DNA from: Myxococcales bacterium
GTDB taxonomy: Bacteria > Myxococcota_A > Polyangia > Polyangiales > Houyiibacteriaceae
Assembly (NCBI GenBank): GCA_024640845.1
Contig: JAHEEE010000145.1
Span: 456 to 64,455, forward strand
Direction of reading: 5' to 3'
Length of the DNA stretch: 64,000 bases
A program made the position numbers and the translations under genes. The notes beneath the pieces were generated by a model. The model saw only the letters and a program-made list of their open reading frames with translations, was not told where the DNA came from and made no database searches. This document shows positions 53,607 to 62,686 of this stretch, in pieces (the first letter of the stretch is position 1; each line of letters begins with the position of its first letter).

Positions 53607-55853
53607 TCACTCGTACAGGTACCGGTAGTCGGCCAGGAGATAACTCACCGCCGCCATCCATGCGCGGATGGTGTACTCGGAGTCTCGGTTGATGCGACGG
53701 TCTTGCGGAAGCTCGGCGTCGGTGTTGCGATCCCTGTTCAACCGACACTGGTTGACCAGTTCCTCGCTCACGGAGCCGTCGCTCAGGCCTTGCCGTCCCA
53801 AGCTGTAGGCTTCCATGAGAACGCCAATCGTGGCGTTCAGCTCTTCGTCGCTGACGTCCTCGCCAAGCAGGCGGGAGTGAAGATGGCGCACGTTGTCACG
53901 CACCTGATCCGACGACTCTGACAACAGCGTGTCGCGGTCGATGTAAGGGAACAGAATCCGTTGGTTCGGCGGCTTCGAGAAGTCGTACGGTACCGCCGAG
54001 CAGGCAACTTCGTACGCCATTCGCTGCGCGAGGCTAGCCATGACGCCGTTTGGCTCGGTCACGCGCTGCGTGACCAGATCCGAATCGATCCCCCCGTAGA
54101 AGATGCGGTACTGGTTGAGCAGGTAGTCGGGCCGGCCCGAACGCTGCCGCCAGCGGACGCCCGTCGTCGCCTCGATCTTGCGGGACAGATGCTCGGGAGT
54201 GAGAAGGCGCGCCGTCCCAAAGGTCGAGAGCTCCATTTCCATCTCCGCGGTCATCGGCGCCGAGTTCTTGGCGCGGAAGTACGGGCTCAGGATGATCTCT
54301 CGCACCATCAACTTGAAGTTGTAGTTGCTTTCGATGAAGCGCTGCTGAATCGCGCGGAGGATCTGCTGTTGTAGGTTGTGTGCTCGCTTCAACGCTTCGG
54401 GGACGTTCGGGTCGATGGGCGGATCCGGATCGGGAAGAGACGGCGGCTCGCTGCCACCCATGCCACCGACGCCCATGTCGCCACCCATGCCGCCGAGGCC
54501 CATGTCGCCGCCCATGCCGCCGAGGCCCATGCCGCCGCCCATGCCGCCAACGCCGAGGCCACCGGCGCCGCCCATACCGCCGCCGGCCTTCATCCCGATG
54601 TCCTGCATCGAGGTTTCCGCCATCTCCGGCGTCATGCCTAGGCTGATATCGAGAAGCTTCTGGCCGGTGAGGCCCTCGAAGACCGTCTTGACCGTCGCCT
54701 GTGCGAAGCGTGGGTTCTTGGCGACCCGTTGCGCGAACCACTGGAGCGCGCGCTTGCGATCGCTGTCCGGCAATATCTCTCCATTGAAGCCTGGCGGCAG
54801 AATGTAGTCGGGACCGAACCATTCGCCCTTGCCGCTGTACTCGCCGCTCTCGTTCCAGTTCATGAAGAGACCGGCGACCGGGTCCATCGTGACGTGGCAC
54901 ACCGTGCAATTCGGGTTTTCGAGCGTCGGGTTGTCCCCAAAGTCGGCGCTCGCGTCGACTGGACGGCTTCCGAACTGGTTGATGTCGATGTCGAGAAAGA
55001 ACCAGTACGCCATGCGCGAGCGATGGCGGTTGATGTTGGTGTCGCTGGTTGGAAAGCGGTTCAAGAACATCGCAGAGGTCAGGATGCCGGCGTGCGGGAT
55101 GCCCGGAATCTGGACCTCTTGGAAGCTCTCCGGGTTCTCACCGACCCCTAGCGGAACGTCTGGAAGGCCGACCAAGGAGAGCGCCGAGAAGCCGTTCGCC
55201 ATCGTGTAGTCGGCGGTGAGAATTTCGGTAAAAGGACGTTCCGTGCGAATCACGTGCGCAATGAGCTCGAGCGGCTCGCGCGCGAGCGAGTCGTTCGTCA
55301 TGGCGGCCTTCTCGTCGTTGCCGGGGTATTTGCGCTCGAACCACCGAAGGTTCGGGTAGACTTCCTCGTCGAGAAGCTCGATGGCGTTCTCGCGACCGAG
55401 ATACTTATCGGTCAGGAAGTGATCGTTGTAGAGCTCGATGATTCGCTGCGAGAACGCCTCGTCCCGCATGATTTCCGCGAGCGACGCTTCGAGGCCAAGC
55501 TGGCCGTGCTCCGCCGTGATCTGCACTTGCCGATCCGTTGGGAGCTTGCCGCTGAGCTCGAGGCTCGCCTTTCGGAGCGTTTCCGTCCAACTGAGAAGCT
55601 CGAGCTGCCCCGTGTAGGGGTTCACGAACCCCTCCGATTCGGGACACGCGCTCAGGTCTTGAGTTGAGCAACCTCCAAAAAGCGTCGCTTCCTCCTTGCA
55701 GCCGGGCGCCGCGAGAGCGACGCCCAGCAGCAGGGCCAAAAACCCAGCCTTTAGGTTACCGTTGATGAACCGTTGACTCAGCTGCACAACCGATAGCCTA
55801 ACATGCGGAAAAACACCCGACAGGACTAAAATAGGTCCTCTGTACACCAGCAT
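53607..55853 (-). CDS. Large lipoprotein of the DUF1588/DUF1592-type family (CxxCH..DP motif) with an internal Gly-Met repeat
   Basis: Lipobox LAAPG/C. CTVCHVTMDPVAGLF motif. 748 aa. The start may be the internal GTG (VQLSQRF...). Confidence 0.7.
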   Translation of the reverse strand: MLVYRGPILVLSGVFPHVRLSVVQLSQRFINGNLKAGFLALLLGVALAAPGCKEEATLFGGCSTQDLSACPESEGFVNPYTGQLELLSWTETLRKASLELSGKLPTDRQVQITAEHGQLGLEASLAEIMRDEAFSQRIIELYNDHFLTDKYLGRENAIELLDEEVYPNLRWFERKYPGNDEKAAMTNDSLAREPLELIAHVIRTERPFTEILTADYTMANGFSALSLVGLPDVPLGVGENPESFQEVQIPGIPHAGILTSAMFLNRFPTSDTNINRHRSRMAYWFFLDIDINQFGSRPVDASADFGDNPTLENPNCTVCHVTMDPVAGLFMNWNESGEYSGKGEWFGPDYILPPGFNGEILPDSDRKRALQWFAQRVAKNPRFAQATVKTVFEGLTGQKLLDISLGMTPEMAETSMQDIGMKAGGGMGGAGGLGVGGMGGGMGLGGMGGDMGLGGMGGDMGVGGMGGSEPPSLPDPDPPIDPNVPEALKRAHNLQQQILRAIQQRFIESNYNFKLMVREIILSPYFRAKNSAPMTAEMEMELSTFGTARLLTPEHLSRKIEATTGVRWRQRSGRPDYLLNQYRIFYGGIDSDLVTQRVTEPNGVMASLAQRMAYEVACSAVPYDFSKPPNQRILFPYIDRDTLLSESSDQVRDNVRHLHSRLLGEDVSDEELNATIGVLMEAYSLGRQGLSDGSVSEELVNQCRLNRDRNTDAELPQDRRINRDSEYTIRAWMAAVSYLLADYRYLYE
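54453..54590 (-). repeat. In-frame Gly/Met-rich tandem repeat (GGMGGDMGLGGMGG...)
   Basis: About 46 codons of G/M (plus D, L, V, A) built from ~27-nt units (cccatgccgccgaggcccatgtcgccg seen twice). Confidence 0.85.
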
Positions 55854-56033
55854 ACAGGGACAAAAATGAACCTTTAGGGTGAATTATTTTGCGATCACTC
55901 TTGCATCGGCTGTCTAGTCTGCCAAGATCGCTAGAGAAAATTGGGGAGTTCAAGTTTCTTTTGTGAGTGTTGAAGCGCACCCCATTGAGATCAATTAGAG
56001 AAAGAAATTTCCAACTTTAGTGATCGGAGAAAC

Positions 56034-56534
56034 ATGTCTTACACATCCTCGCCGCTCGCGGCCATCATCGTTGTCGTGACCGTCAGTTCATTACTCTCCG
56101 GGTGCGGAGAGAGCAGCACAGCAGCCGAGCCGCGTCTGCGGAACCTGGTGTACTGCGAGAACCCGAACGTCGGCACGCCCTCGTGCACGCTCTCGGGATA
56201 CAGCTTGACGGACGACTCGGAGCTCGGTGCGAAGCTCCAAACCTGTGCGGCTGGGGGATGCCACGGGGACTTTGCGGTCACGACCTGGTCACTCGACTTG
56301 TCGGGCAGCGTCGAGGAGGCGTTCGCACCGCTGACGACCGTGATCGGGGCAAGCGGCGACGACCTGATCGACAGCTTCGATCCGGATTGCAGCTACATGC
56401 TGACCAAAGTCACCGATCAGCCGGCGGGTGGCTCACAGATGCCGCTCTCGCCACCGTACTGGAGCTCCGCCGAGGTGGATTGCTTCCGCGCGTACCTACA
56501 CGAGCTCCACCCGGCGCCGGCTGTGGCCGAGTAA
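56034..56534 (+). CDS. Small lipoprotein with CAAGGCH (C-x4-CH) heme-like motif
   Basis: Lipobox LLSG/C. 166 aa, 8 Cys in total. Divergent from the DUF1588-type gene. Confidence 0.55.
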   Translation: MSYTSSPLAAIIVVVTVSSLLSGCGESSTAAEPRLRNLVYCENPNVGTPSCTLSGYSLTDDSELGAKLQTCAAGGCHGDFAVTTWSLDLSGSVEEAFAPLTTVIGASGDDLIDSFDPDCSYMLTKVTDQPAGGSQMPLSPPYWSSAEVDCFRAYLHELHPAPAVAE

Positions 56535-56543
56535 GGGACGAGG

Positions 56544-57575
56544 TCAGCCGCGCTCGGCGCGGCGAATGCCGAGGTTGACGATCTTCTGAAGCAAGTCGAC
56601 GTAGTCCATGCCCACCTCCTTCGCAGCGCTCGCGAATTCCTCTTCCTCGGCAATGTCCGGATTGGGGTTGGCTTCGAGGAAGTAAAGTTGGCCTTCGTCA
56701 TTGAGCCGGAAGTCGATTCGCACGCAGCCATCGGTGCCTAGGCCCCTGCAGATTCGCCGCGAAAGCCGCGCAATGCGCCGCTCCAAGTCTTCAGGAAGCC
56801 CCTTGGCCCGCCCGAGCCGTACGTCGTACTTCTCCTGGTACTCGAGGTCCCACTTCACCTTGCGTGTGGCGATCCTCGGAGCGTCCTCGGGGAGCTTATC
56901 GAGAAAGATCTCCCAGGTTGGGAGCACCTGCAAACGGTGGTTCCCCAGCACCGATACGTACAGCTCCCGACCGGGAATGTACTGCTCGACGACCGCATCG
57001 GTCCGGATCTTCTCGTGAATGAACGCGACCCGCTCCTCGAAGGCCTTTTCGCTGTTGACGAGTGAAGCCTGCGCGATTCCGTAGCTCCCTTCCTCGATCA
57101 AGGATTTGACGATCAGTGGGAACTCGAGCTGTTTCGGCCGCTTGATCTTCCGATACCGAGGGAACACGCGAAACTTGGGCACCAGGATCCGATGGTAAGC
57201 CAGCACCTTCTTCGAAAGTGCTTTGTCCCGAGCGAGCAAGAGTCCGCGTGGATTGCAGCCGGTGTACGCCGTTCGCTGGAGCTCGAGGTACCCGACGACG
57301 TGCGTGTCGAAGATCGCCTCGCCGCCGAACTCCTCGAGTAGGTTGAATACCACGTGCGGCTTGAAGTCCTCGATGGCCCTTCGGAGCGGCGCGAGCTCAT
57401 CACTCAAGCCCACCATGAGCACCTCGTGTCCGAGCGCGTTCAAGCCTTCGCGCACATCGAACTCCGTCTTGAACGGCTCAACCTCCTCGGGAGGGAGCTT
57501 GCTGATGTCCTCGGGAGGGATGAGGCTCTCGTGCACCAAAACGATGATTCGCCGGCGTTTCAGAGTGGATGCCAT
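56544..57575 (-). CDS. D-alanine--D-alanine ligase-family ATP-grasp enzyme
   Basis: 343 aa. N-terminal ...IIVLVHE... pre-ATP-grasp domain. ...LEANPNPD... C-terminal ATP-grasp motif. Confidence 0.8.
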   Translation of the reverse strand: MASTLKRRRIIVLVHESLIPPEDISKLPPEEVEPFKTEFDVREGLNALGHEVLMVGLSDELAPLRRAIEDFKPHVVFNLLEEFGGEAIFDTHVVGYLELQRTAYTGCNPRGLLLARDKALSKKVLAYHRILVPKFRVFPRYRKIKRPKQLEFPLIVKSLIEEGSYGIAQASLVNSEKAFEERVAFIHEKIRTDAVVEQYIPGRELYVSVLGNHRLQVLPTWEIFLDKLPEDAPRIATRKVKWDLEYQEKYDVRLGRAKGLPEDLERRIARLSRRICRGLGTDGCVRIDFRLNDEGQLYFLEANPNPDIAEEEEFASAAKEVGMDYVDLLQKIVNLGIRRAERG

Positions 57576-58582
57576 GTGTCCCGTCGGTGGAGTAGGTGCA
57601 CCGTGTGCACCGTCAGCATGATGGCAAAGTCGAGCTTCGTCTGACGTTCCCCTTTGATGAGACGCAGCCTCAGCTCACGACATCGGCCGATGATATCACG
57701 AAGCACCTGGTCGACGGTGAACTGATATTCGCCGGTGAAAAGCGAGATCTGTTCGCGAATTTGACGCCGATTGCGGCGCAAAAACGAGGCGGCGGTCTCG
57801 TTGTTCCGGTATCGATGCGAGTCGCTGAAGATCTTCCGCAGATCCCGGTCGTACTCGTCGCTGAAGCCGGGGCTGTAGTGTTCTTGGCGGCGTTCGTAGT
57901 GACGGCGAAGCGTGTATCGGAGCCGGGGAAGCGAGTACGGACGTGCGCGTGATGAGACTTGTGGCTTTTTGCTGGACAGCTCCTCGGCGAGCTCGTCGAC
58001 GTACTCGAGCTTCCCGAGCGCACTGGAGCCCGCATACCGCTCCCGCCAGTTCGACCGCGGCGCCAACCACACCGCAAAGGTCTCCGCGAAGTCTTCGACG
58101 GGGTGCGCCTGCGCGTACCATCCGTCCAGGTGCTCGACGAAGCCCTTGCTCAGCGGATTAGGTCGATAGAACTCGGGGTAGGGCTCGGAGGCACGCCCGA
58201 ACGCTCGCTGCCATTTCCTTCTCCGCTGCAAGTTGTACGCGTGTTGGAGCGCGTGCCCGGCTTCGTGGCGCAGCAGGCGCATGCATTCCGTCCGCGTTCC
58301 GCCTTCGACCTCGAACATCATCTGGCGCTCGAGCCGCATCAGCCTCGGATGCGCGAGGTAGAACGGAATGCCTACGCCGGGGATGCCGTCGGGGGAGCAC
58401 CATTCGTCGCTGAGCCAGGTGTGGATCCGAAATCTATGCAGGCCGGAGGCGTCGAGCTCTTCGCGCAGTCGCTCGACGCAATCCTCTAGCCAAGTGTCTT
58501 CCATGATCAGGCCGAGGTCGCACAGACGAACATCCAGCAGCTCTTCGGTCGGCAGGTCTTCCCAGTCGATCGGCACGGCCAC
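57560..58582 (-). CDS. Putative zinc metallopeptidase (HExxH)
   Basis: LLRHEAGHALQHAY. 340 aa. Overlaps the downstream ATP-grasp gene by 16 nt. Confidence 0.65.
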   Translation of the reverse strand: MAVPIDWEDLPTEELLDVRLCDLGLIMEDTWLEDCVERLREELDASGLHRFRIHTWLSDEWCSPDGIPGVGIPFYLAHPRLMRLERQMMFEVEGGTRTECMRLLRHEAGHALQHAYNLQRRRKWQRAFGRASEPYPEFYRPNPLSKGFVEHLDGWYAQAHPVEDFAETFAVWLAPRSNWRERYAGSSALGKLEYVDELAEELSSKKPQVSSRARPYSLPRLRYTLRRHYERRQEHYSPGFSDEYDRDLRKIFSDSHRYRNNETAASFLRRNRRQIREQISLFTGEYQFTVDQVLRDIIGRCRELRLRLIKGERQTKLDFAIMLTVHTVHLLHRRDTWHPL

Positions 58583-58641
58583 CGCAGCTTGACGGATCTA
58601 TACCGAAGCTACAACAGGGTCGCCGCGATGATTGCGCGTCT

Positions 58642-59298
58642 TCACCACGGCAGCCGCTCGCCGTTCGCGTGCCAGAAGCCACCCGAGCCCTCCGGCTGGA
58701 GTGCATCGATGCGCGCGATCAATCCCGCTGCGGACTCTTCGGTCGAGACACCCGCGAAGCCGGTCATGCGTGTTGCGACCAGTCCCGGATGGAGGATCGC
58801 GACTGAGGCACGGCCGCGGAAGTCGTGTGCGAGGTTGACACCGGCCATGTTGAGCGCGGCCTTCGCCATCCGATAGCCATAGTAGGCACCCGAGCCGTTG
58901 TCGCCGATCGAGCCCATGCGGCTCGTGATCAGGATGATCTTTGCGCCTTTCGTGAGTCGGCTTTGAAGGACGTGCGTGACGCGTAGAGCACCCAACGCGT
59001 TGACCTCGAAATTACGACGAATTTCATCGAAATCGAGGTCGCGAAAGGTCTCGTTGGAGAAGATGCCCGCGTTGTTGATCAGGATGTCCGCCCGGGTGTC
59101 GCCGAGCGCCTCCGCCGCTTTTTCGAGCGCGGCTGTATCCGTGACCTCGACTCCTTCGATGATGCGTACGCCGAGCGCACGGAGCTCCGGGCTTGCTTCT
59201 CTACAGAGGGCGGTCACCTCGTCGCCACGCTCTGTGAGCTGGTGGCTGAGCTCGAGCCCAATCCCTCTATTTGCGCCTGTGATCACTACGGTTGCCAT
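58642..59298 (-). CDS. Short-chain dehydrogenase/reductase (CsgA/C-factor-like subgroup)
   Basis: VITGANRGIGLEL and YRMAKAAL (YxxxK) motifs. 218 aa. Confidence 0.85.
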   Translation of the reverse strand: MATVVITGANRGIGLELSHQLTERGDEVTALCREASPELRALGVRIIEGVEVTDTAALEKAAEALGDTRADILINNAGIFSNETFRDLDFDEIRRNFEVNALGALRVTHVLQSRLTKGAKIILITSRMGSIGDNGSGAYYGYRMAKAALNMAGVNLAHDFRGRASVAILHPGLVATRMTGFAGVSTEESAAGLIARIDALQPEGSGGFWHANGERLPW

Positions 59299-59358
59299 GA
59301 AACCCCCCTCCGACGGCTATCATAGGGCGTCGACGCGATTGTCGAGTGCTGAGCTCTC

Positions 59359-59625
59359 TCAAATGCTGACGTGAACCTCGTGACCTTCGTAGGCCGCGAT
59401 GCCCTCGTCCACCTCCTCGCCAAGCTTTTGAGCGAGGACCAGCAGCGAGCGAGCGATCGCCAGCTCGTCGCCGATGAGCGGCCGATTCGGGTCATCCGGG
59501 TTGCGCCGCGCTTTCCCATGCCCAACGAACTCGTTGCCGGCAATACTCAGCCGTGCCTGTGCGTCCGTCGCGTGACCTTCCTCGACGACCTCGACGGTTA
59601 CCGTGAATGTCTTTGCCTTGCTCAT
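59359..59625 (-). CDS. DUF1876-like small protein
   Basis: ATG at 59625 preceded by GGAGG. 88 aa. ...GHGKARRNPDDP....GDELA.AR.L... signature. Confidence 0.65.
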   Translation of the reverse strand: MSKAKTFTVTVEVVEEGHATDAQARLSIAGNEFVGHGKARRNPDDPNRPLIGDELAIARSLLVLAQKLGEEVDEGIAAYEGHEVHVSI

Positions 59626-59955
59626 GAGACACCTCCTCGAGCGACGACTCAACATAGGGAATCCAAGGATTTTGGTCTAGTGGCATCTTAAGTCCTAACG
59701 AAGCCCGGACAAGCCTGTCATCGTCTATGTGGGCGCTTAATTGAGCGCTTGCCGCCTTGTCGCGACGGCCGAGCGGGGCACCCCGGCGCGAGCACGTGCG
59801 TCGCGACCGATTCTCCGGTCCCAGTATTGCGACCTCCACGCATCTGCAAGTCGCCCGTCCCGTGAAACCCCTCTCGCGTTTTTTCGAGACCCGTGCGCAC
59901 CTCGACGCCCGGGCGTGGTACGCGAGCACCTCGCGAGGGGCACTGAGGGGCTCCG

Positions 59956-61575
59956 CTATGGGGTCAGTGCCCTTGCGGCACGAAGGCCCGAGTACACGCA
60001 GTCCGCAATCGACAGCCCGCTGACATACTGACGCGAGCAGATCCCGACGGCATTGCGCCCGGCGGCGTAGAGGCCCGGCACCACTCCGCCGTCCTCGCTG
60101 AGGACTTGGCCTGTTTTCTCATCGACGGCCAAACCGCCGAGGGTCATCACGGCACACAGGTGCCGCTTCGAGCCGAGCGAGCAGTCGATCGCGTAGTACG
60201 GTCCCTCAGGCATGGGGTGAATGCTCTCGTTTGCTTTCTCGAACGGGTCGCGGAGCTCTCCACGCGCTGAGCGGCTGTAGTCATCGAGGGTCTTCTGCAA
60301 GGTGTCGCGCGGTACGCCGAGCATCTGCGCGAGCTCATCGACGTCGTCCGCCTTCTTGCAGTTGAGGTAGAGGTTCATCAGAGCCGCAGCGCGCTGAAAC
60401 CACTGCAGCTTGCCGGGCTTCGACTGGTCGTGCGCGAGCTTCTTGAGATTTTCGTCGATGATGAGGGTGGCCACTCCGTGGTTCTGTTCGACCATCGCTT
60501 CCCCGATCTTCGCTCCGTACCAGAACTCGTTCGCAAAGCGCTCGCCGTTGCCATTGATCAGCACACCTTGGGCGAACGCGTTCGGCGGATAGAGAAAGCG
60601 CCAAGCCGAGGCACGATGCATCTGGTCGACTTTGCCACCCACGCTTTGCCCCAGGCGAATTCCGAAACCGTCGTCGCCGTGGGTTCCAAGTGGCAGCCCG
60701 GGTAGGTACTCCGGAATGTGCTCGGCGACCATCTCGCGGTTGAAGACGAACCCGCCTGCAGACAGAACGAGACCGTTCCGACTGCGAATCCTCCGGCTGA
60801 CCGAGTGCTCTCGTTCGATGGCGTCACAGCCTCGGCGAAGCTTTAGCGCCAGGCGTGGAGCGACTTTGGCAATCGCCGTCTCTGAGCGGTGAAGGATCCG
60901 GTGAAGCCCGCGCCACAAGCTGGACGAAAGCTCTTGGGCCTCCACACCGACGACACGGCCCTCGAGGTCGACGACGAGCCGACTCACCCGGGTCTGGAGC
61001 TGAATTCGAACGCCCCTGGCGAGGGCCGTCTCACGCAACGGGTCCGTGATGCGCGCCCCGGGAAACGCGCCGCCATCTGGGCGGTGCCCGCGCTGCGCAG
61101 GCGTCGCTCGTTCGTTGTAGGGCGGGAACAACTCGTTGCCCGAGAAGTAGAGGTGATACTCGTTGGTCGGATAGGAGGTCTTGACCGGACAGAGGTTGGG
61201 CAGAAACGGGACTCCCCGGTCGGTCAGCCACTTTAGGTTTGCCGGGCTCCTCTCGCAGAAGTCGCGAAGGGTCTCTTCGCTCACAGCGTCTTGGACCTCC
61301 ATCGAGAGGTAGCGGTACATGTTGTCGACCGTGTCCTGGACACCGGCTGCCTCTTGGATGTGCGTTCCGCCGCCGGCGTAGTACACGCCGCCACTAATCG
61401 CAGTGGCGCCGCCTCCTTCGAACCGGTCGAGCACGAGCACGTCAGCGCCGCGCTCGCGCGACTCGATGGCCGCAGTGACGCCGGCTGCGCCGAGGCCTAC
61501 GACAACCACGTCGGCAGCGTCGTCCCAATGCGCGCCATTCACATCATCCAATACGAGGGGTGTCAGGCTGCTCAT
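59956..61575 (-). CDS. FAD-binding dehydrogenase of the fumarate-reductase / 3-ketosteroid-delta1-dehydrogenase (KstD-like) family
   Basis: VVVVGLGAAGVTAA FAD fold and C-terminal ...GLYAAG... motif. Start is the ATG at 61575 or the GTG at 61596. Confidence 0.8.
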   Translation of the reverse strand: MSSLTPLVLDDVNGAHWDDAADVVVVGLGAAGVTAAIESRERGADVLVLDRFEGGGATAISGGVYYAGGGTHIQEAAGVQDTVDNMYRYLSMEVQDAVSEETLRDFCERSPANLKWLTDRGVPFLPNLCPVKTSYPTNEYHLYFSGNELFPPYNERATPAQRGHRPDGGAFPGARITDPLRETALARGVRIQLQTRVSRLVVDLEGRVVGVEAQELSSSLWRGLHRILHRSETAIAKVAPRLALKLRRGCDAIEREHSVSRRIRSRNGLVLSAGGFVFNREMVAEHIPEYLPGLPLGTHGDDGFGIRLGQSVGGKVDQMHRASAWRFLYPPNAFAQGVLINGNGERFANEFWYGAKIGEAMVEQNHGVATLIIDENLKKLAHDQSKPGKLQWFQRAAALMNLYLNCKKADDVDELAQMLGVPRDTLQKTLDDYSRSARGELRDPFEKANESIHPMPEGPYYAIDCSLGSKRHLCAVMTLGGLAVDEKTGQVLSEDGGVVPGLYAAGRNAVGICSRQYVSGLSIADCVYSGLRAARALTP

Positions 61576-61621
61576 CTGGATTGCGCAAGCTAGCACGGTG
61601 CTTCAAGGTCCGCAGCGATTG

Positions 61622-62686
61622 ATGGAGCTTCCCGTGACCCCAGAAGGCGTCGGCCCAGTGTGCTTGGTGACCGGAGGAAACGGTTACGTCGGCAAGCACC
61701 TCGTCCGCAGGCTGCTAGAGCTCGGCTGCGAGGTGCGCGCGCTCGACCTCGCGCCGTTCGAAGGCGATTCCCGCGTCAGCAGCATCGTTGGGGACATCCG
61801 TCGCATGCGCGAAATCGGCCCGGCGTTCGAGGGTGTCGATACGGTCTTTCACACTGCCGCGATTATCAACACCTTGACACTCGCGCGGCCGAGCGTTCGT
61901 CGCAAGGTTTATGGCGTCAACGTGAGTGGTACAGAGAACGTGATTCGGGCCTGCAGAGCGGCTGGCGTAAGGCGGCTGGTCTTCACGAGCTCGATCACGG
62001 TGGCTGTCGACCGTCCGGTCCGCGGTGCGGACGAAACCGCGCCCTATGTCGGCACCGATGGGCTCCCGGATCTTTACTCGCAGACCAAGAGCCGAGCCGA
62101 GAAGCTGGTGCTCGAGGCCAACGACAGAGACGGGCTCCGCACCGCCGCAGTGCGCCCAGGAGGGGTGTGGGGCCCGGGGGAAGGCGCCATGATGGTTCAC
62201 GATTTCCTGGAGCACCTTGCGGCGGGCGACTTCAAGGCGATGATCGGAAGTGGTCAGTCCGTGACCGACAACGTGCACGTGGACTCGGTCGTCGACGTGC
62301 ACTTTCTCGTCGCTCAGAAGCTGACCGATGACCCCGACTTGGTTGGAGGCCAAGCGTATTTCGTGAGTGACGACGAGCCGACAAATCCGGTGCTCTGGTA
62401 CAAACCCATCGTCGAAGGCCTCGGCTATTCCTGGCCCAAGGTGCACATCCCACGACCTTTGGCGTACGCGATCGCGTACCTCGGGGAGGTCGCTCACTAC
62501 TTCGGTGGGCCTTTTCCTACCGTCACGCGGCGAGGCGTCCTCTCGATCTGCTGCGACGCCTCCTTCCGTGTCGACAAGGCCAGAGCCCACCTCGGCTACG
62601 AGCCGCGCACGAGCGCTGCCGAAGGGATTCCCAAACTGATGCACGAGTTCAAGGCAACCCACGATCGACTGAAGGCCGAACGATGA
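61622..62686 (+). CDS. 3-beta-hydroxysteroid dehydrogenase/isomerase-family NAD-dependent enzyme
   Basis: ATG at 61622. LVTGGNGYVGKHL and YSQTK (YxxxK) motifs. Confidence 0.85.
   Translation: MELPVTPEGVGPVCLVTGGNGYVGKHLVRRLLELGCEVRALDLAPFEGDSRVSSIVGDIRRMREIGPAFEGVDTVFHTAAIINTLTLARPSVRRKVYGVNVSGTENVIRACRAAGVRRLVFTSSITVAVDRPVRGADETAPYVGTDGLPDLYSQTKSRAEKLVLEANDRDGLRTAAVRPGGVWGPGEGAMMVHDFLEHLAAGDFKAMIGSGQSVTDNVHVDSVVDVHFLVAQKLTDDPDLVGGQAYFVSDDEPTNPVLWYKPIVEGLGYSWPKVHIPRPLAYAIAYLGEVAHYFGGPFPTVTRRGVLSICCDASFRVDKARAHLGYEPRTSAAEGIPKLMHEFKATHDRLKAER

Noticed and set aside
54453-54590. Tandem DNA repeat considered as a CRISPR-like or non-coding array.
   Set aside because: The units are contiguous with no spacers. 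They are in frame and translate to a Gly/Met tract within a long ORF.
59868-59890. T6 run (ctctcgcgttttttcgaga) considered as an intrinsic terminator.
   Set aside because: There is no convincing stem immediately upstream on the plus strand and no plus-strand gene ends there. On the minus strand it is an A-run.
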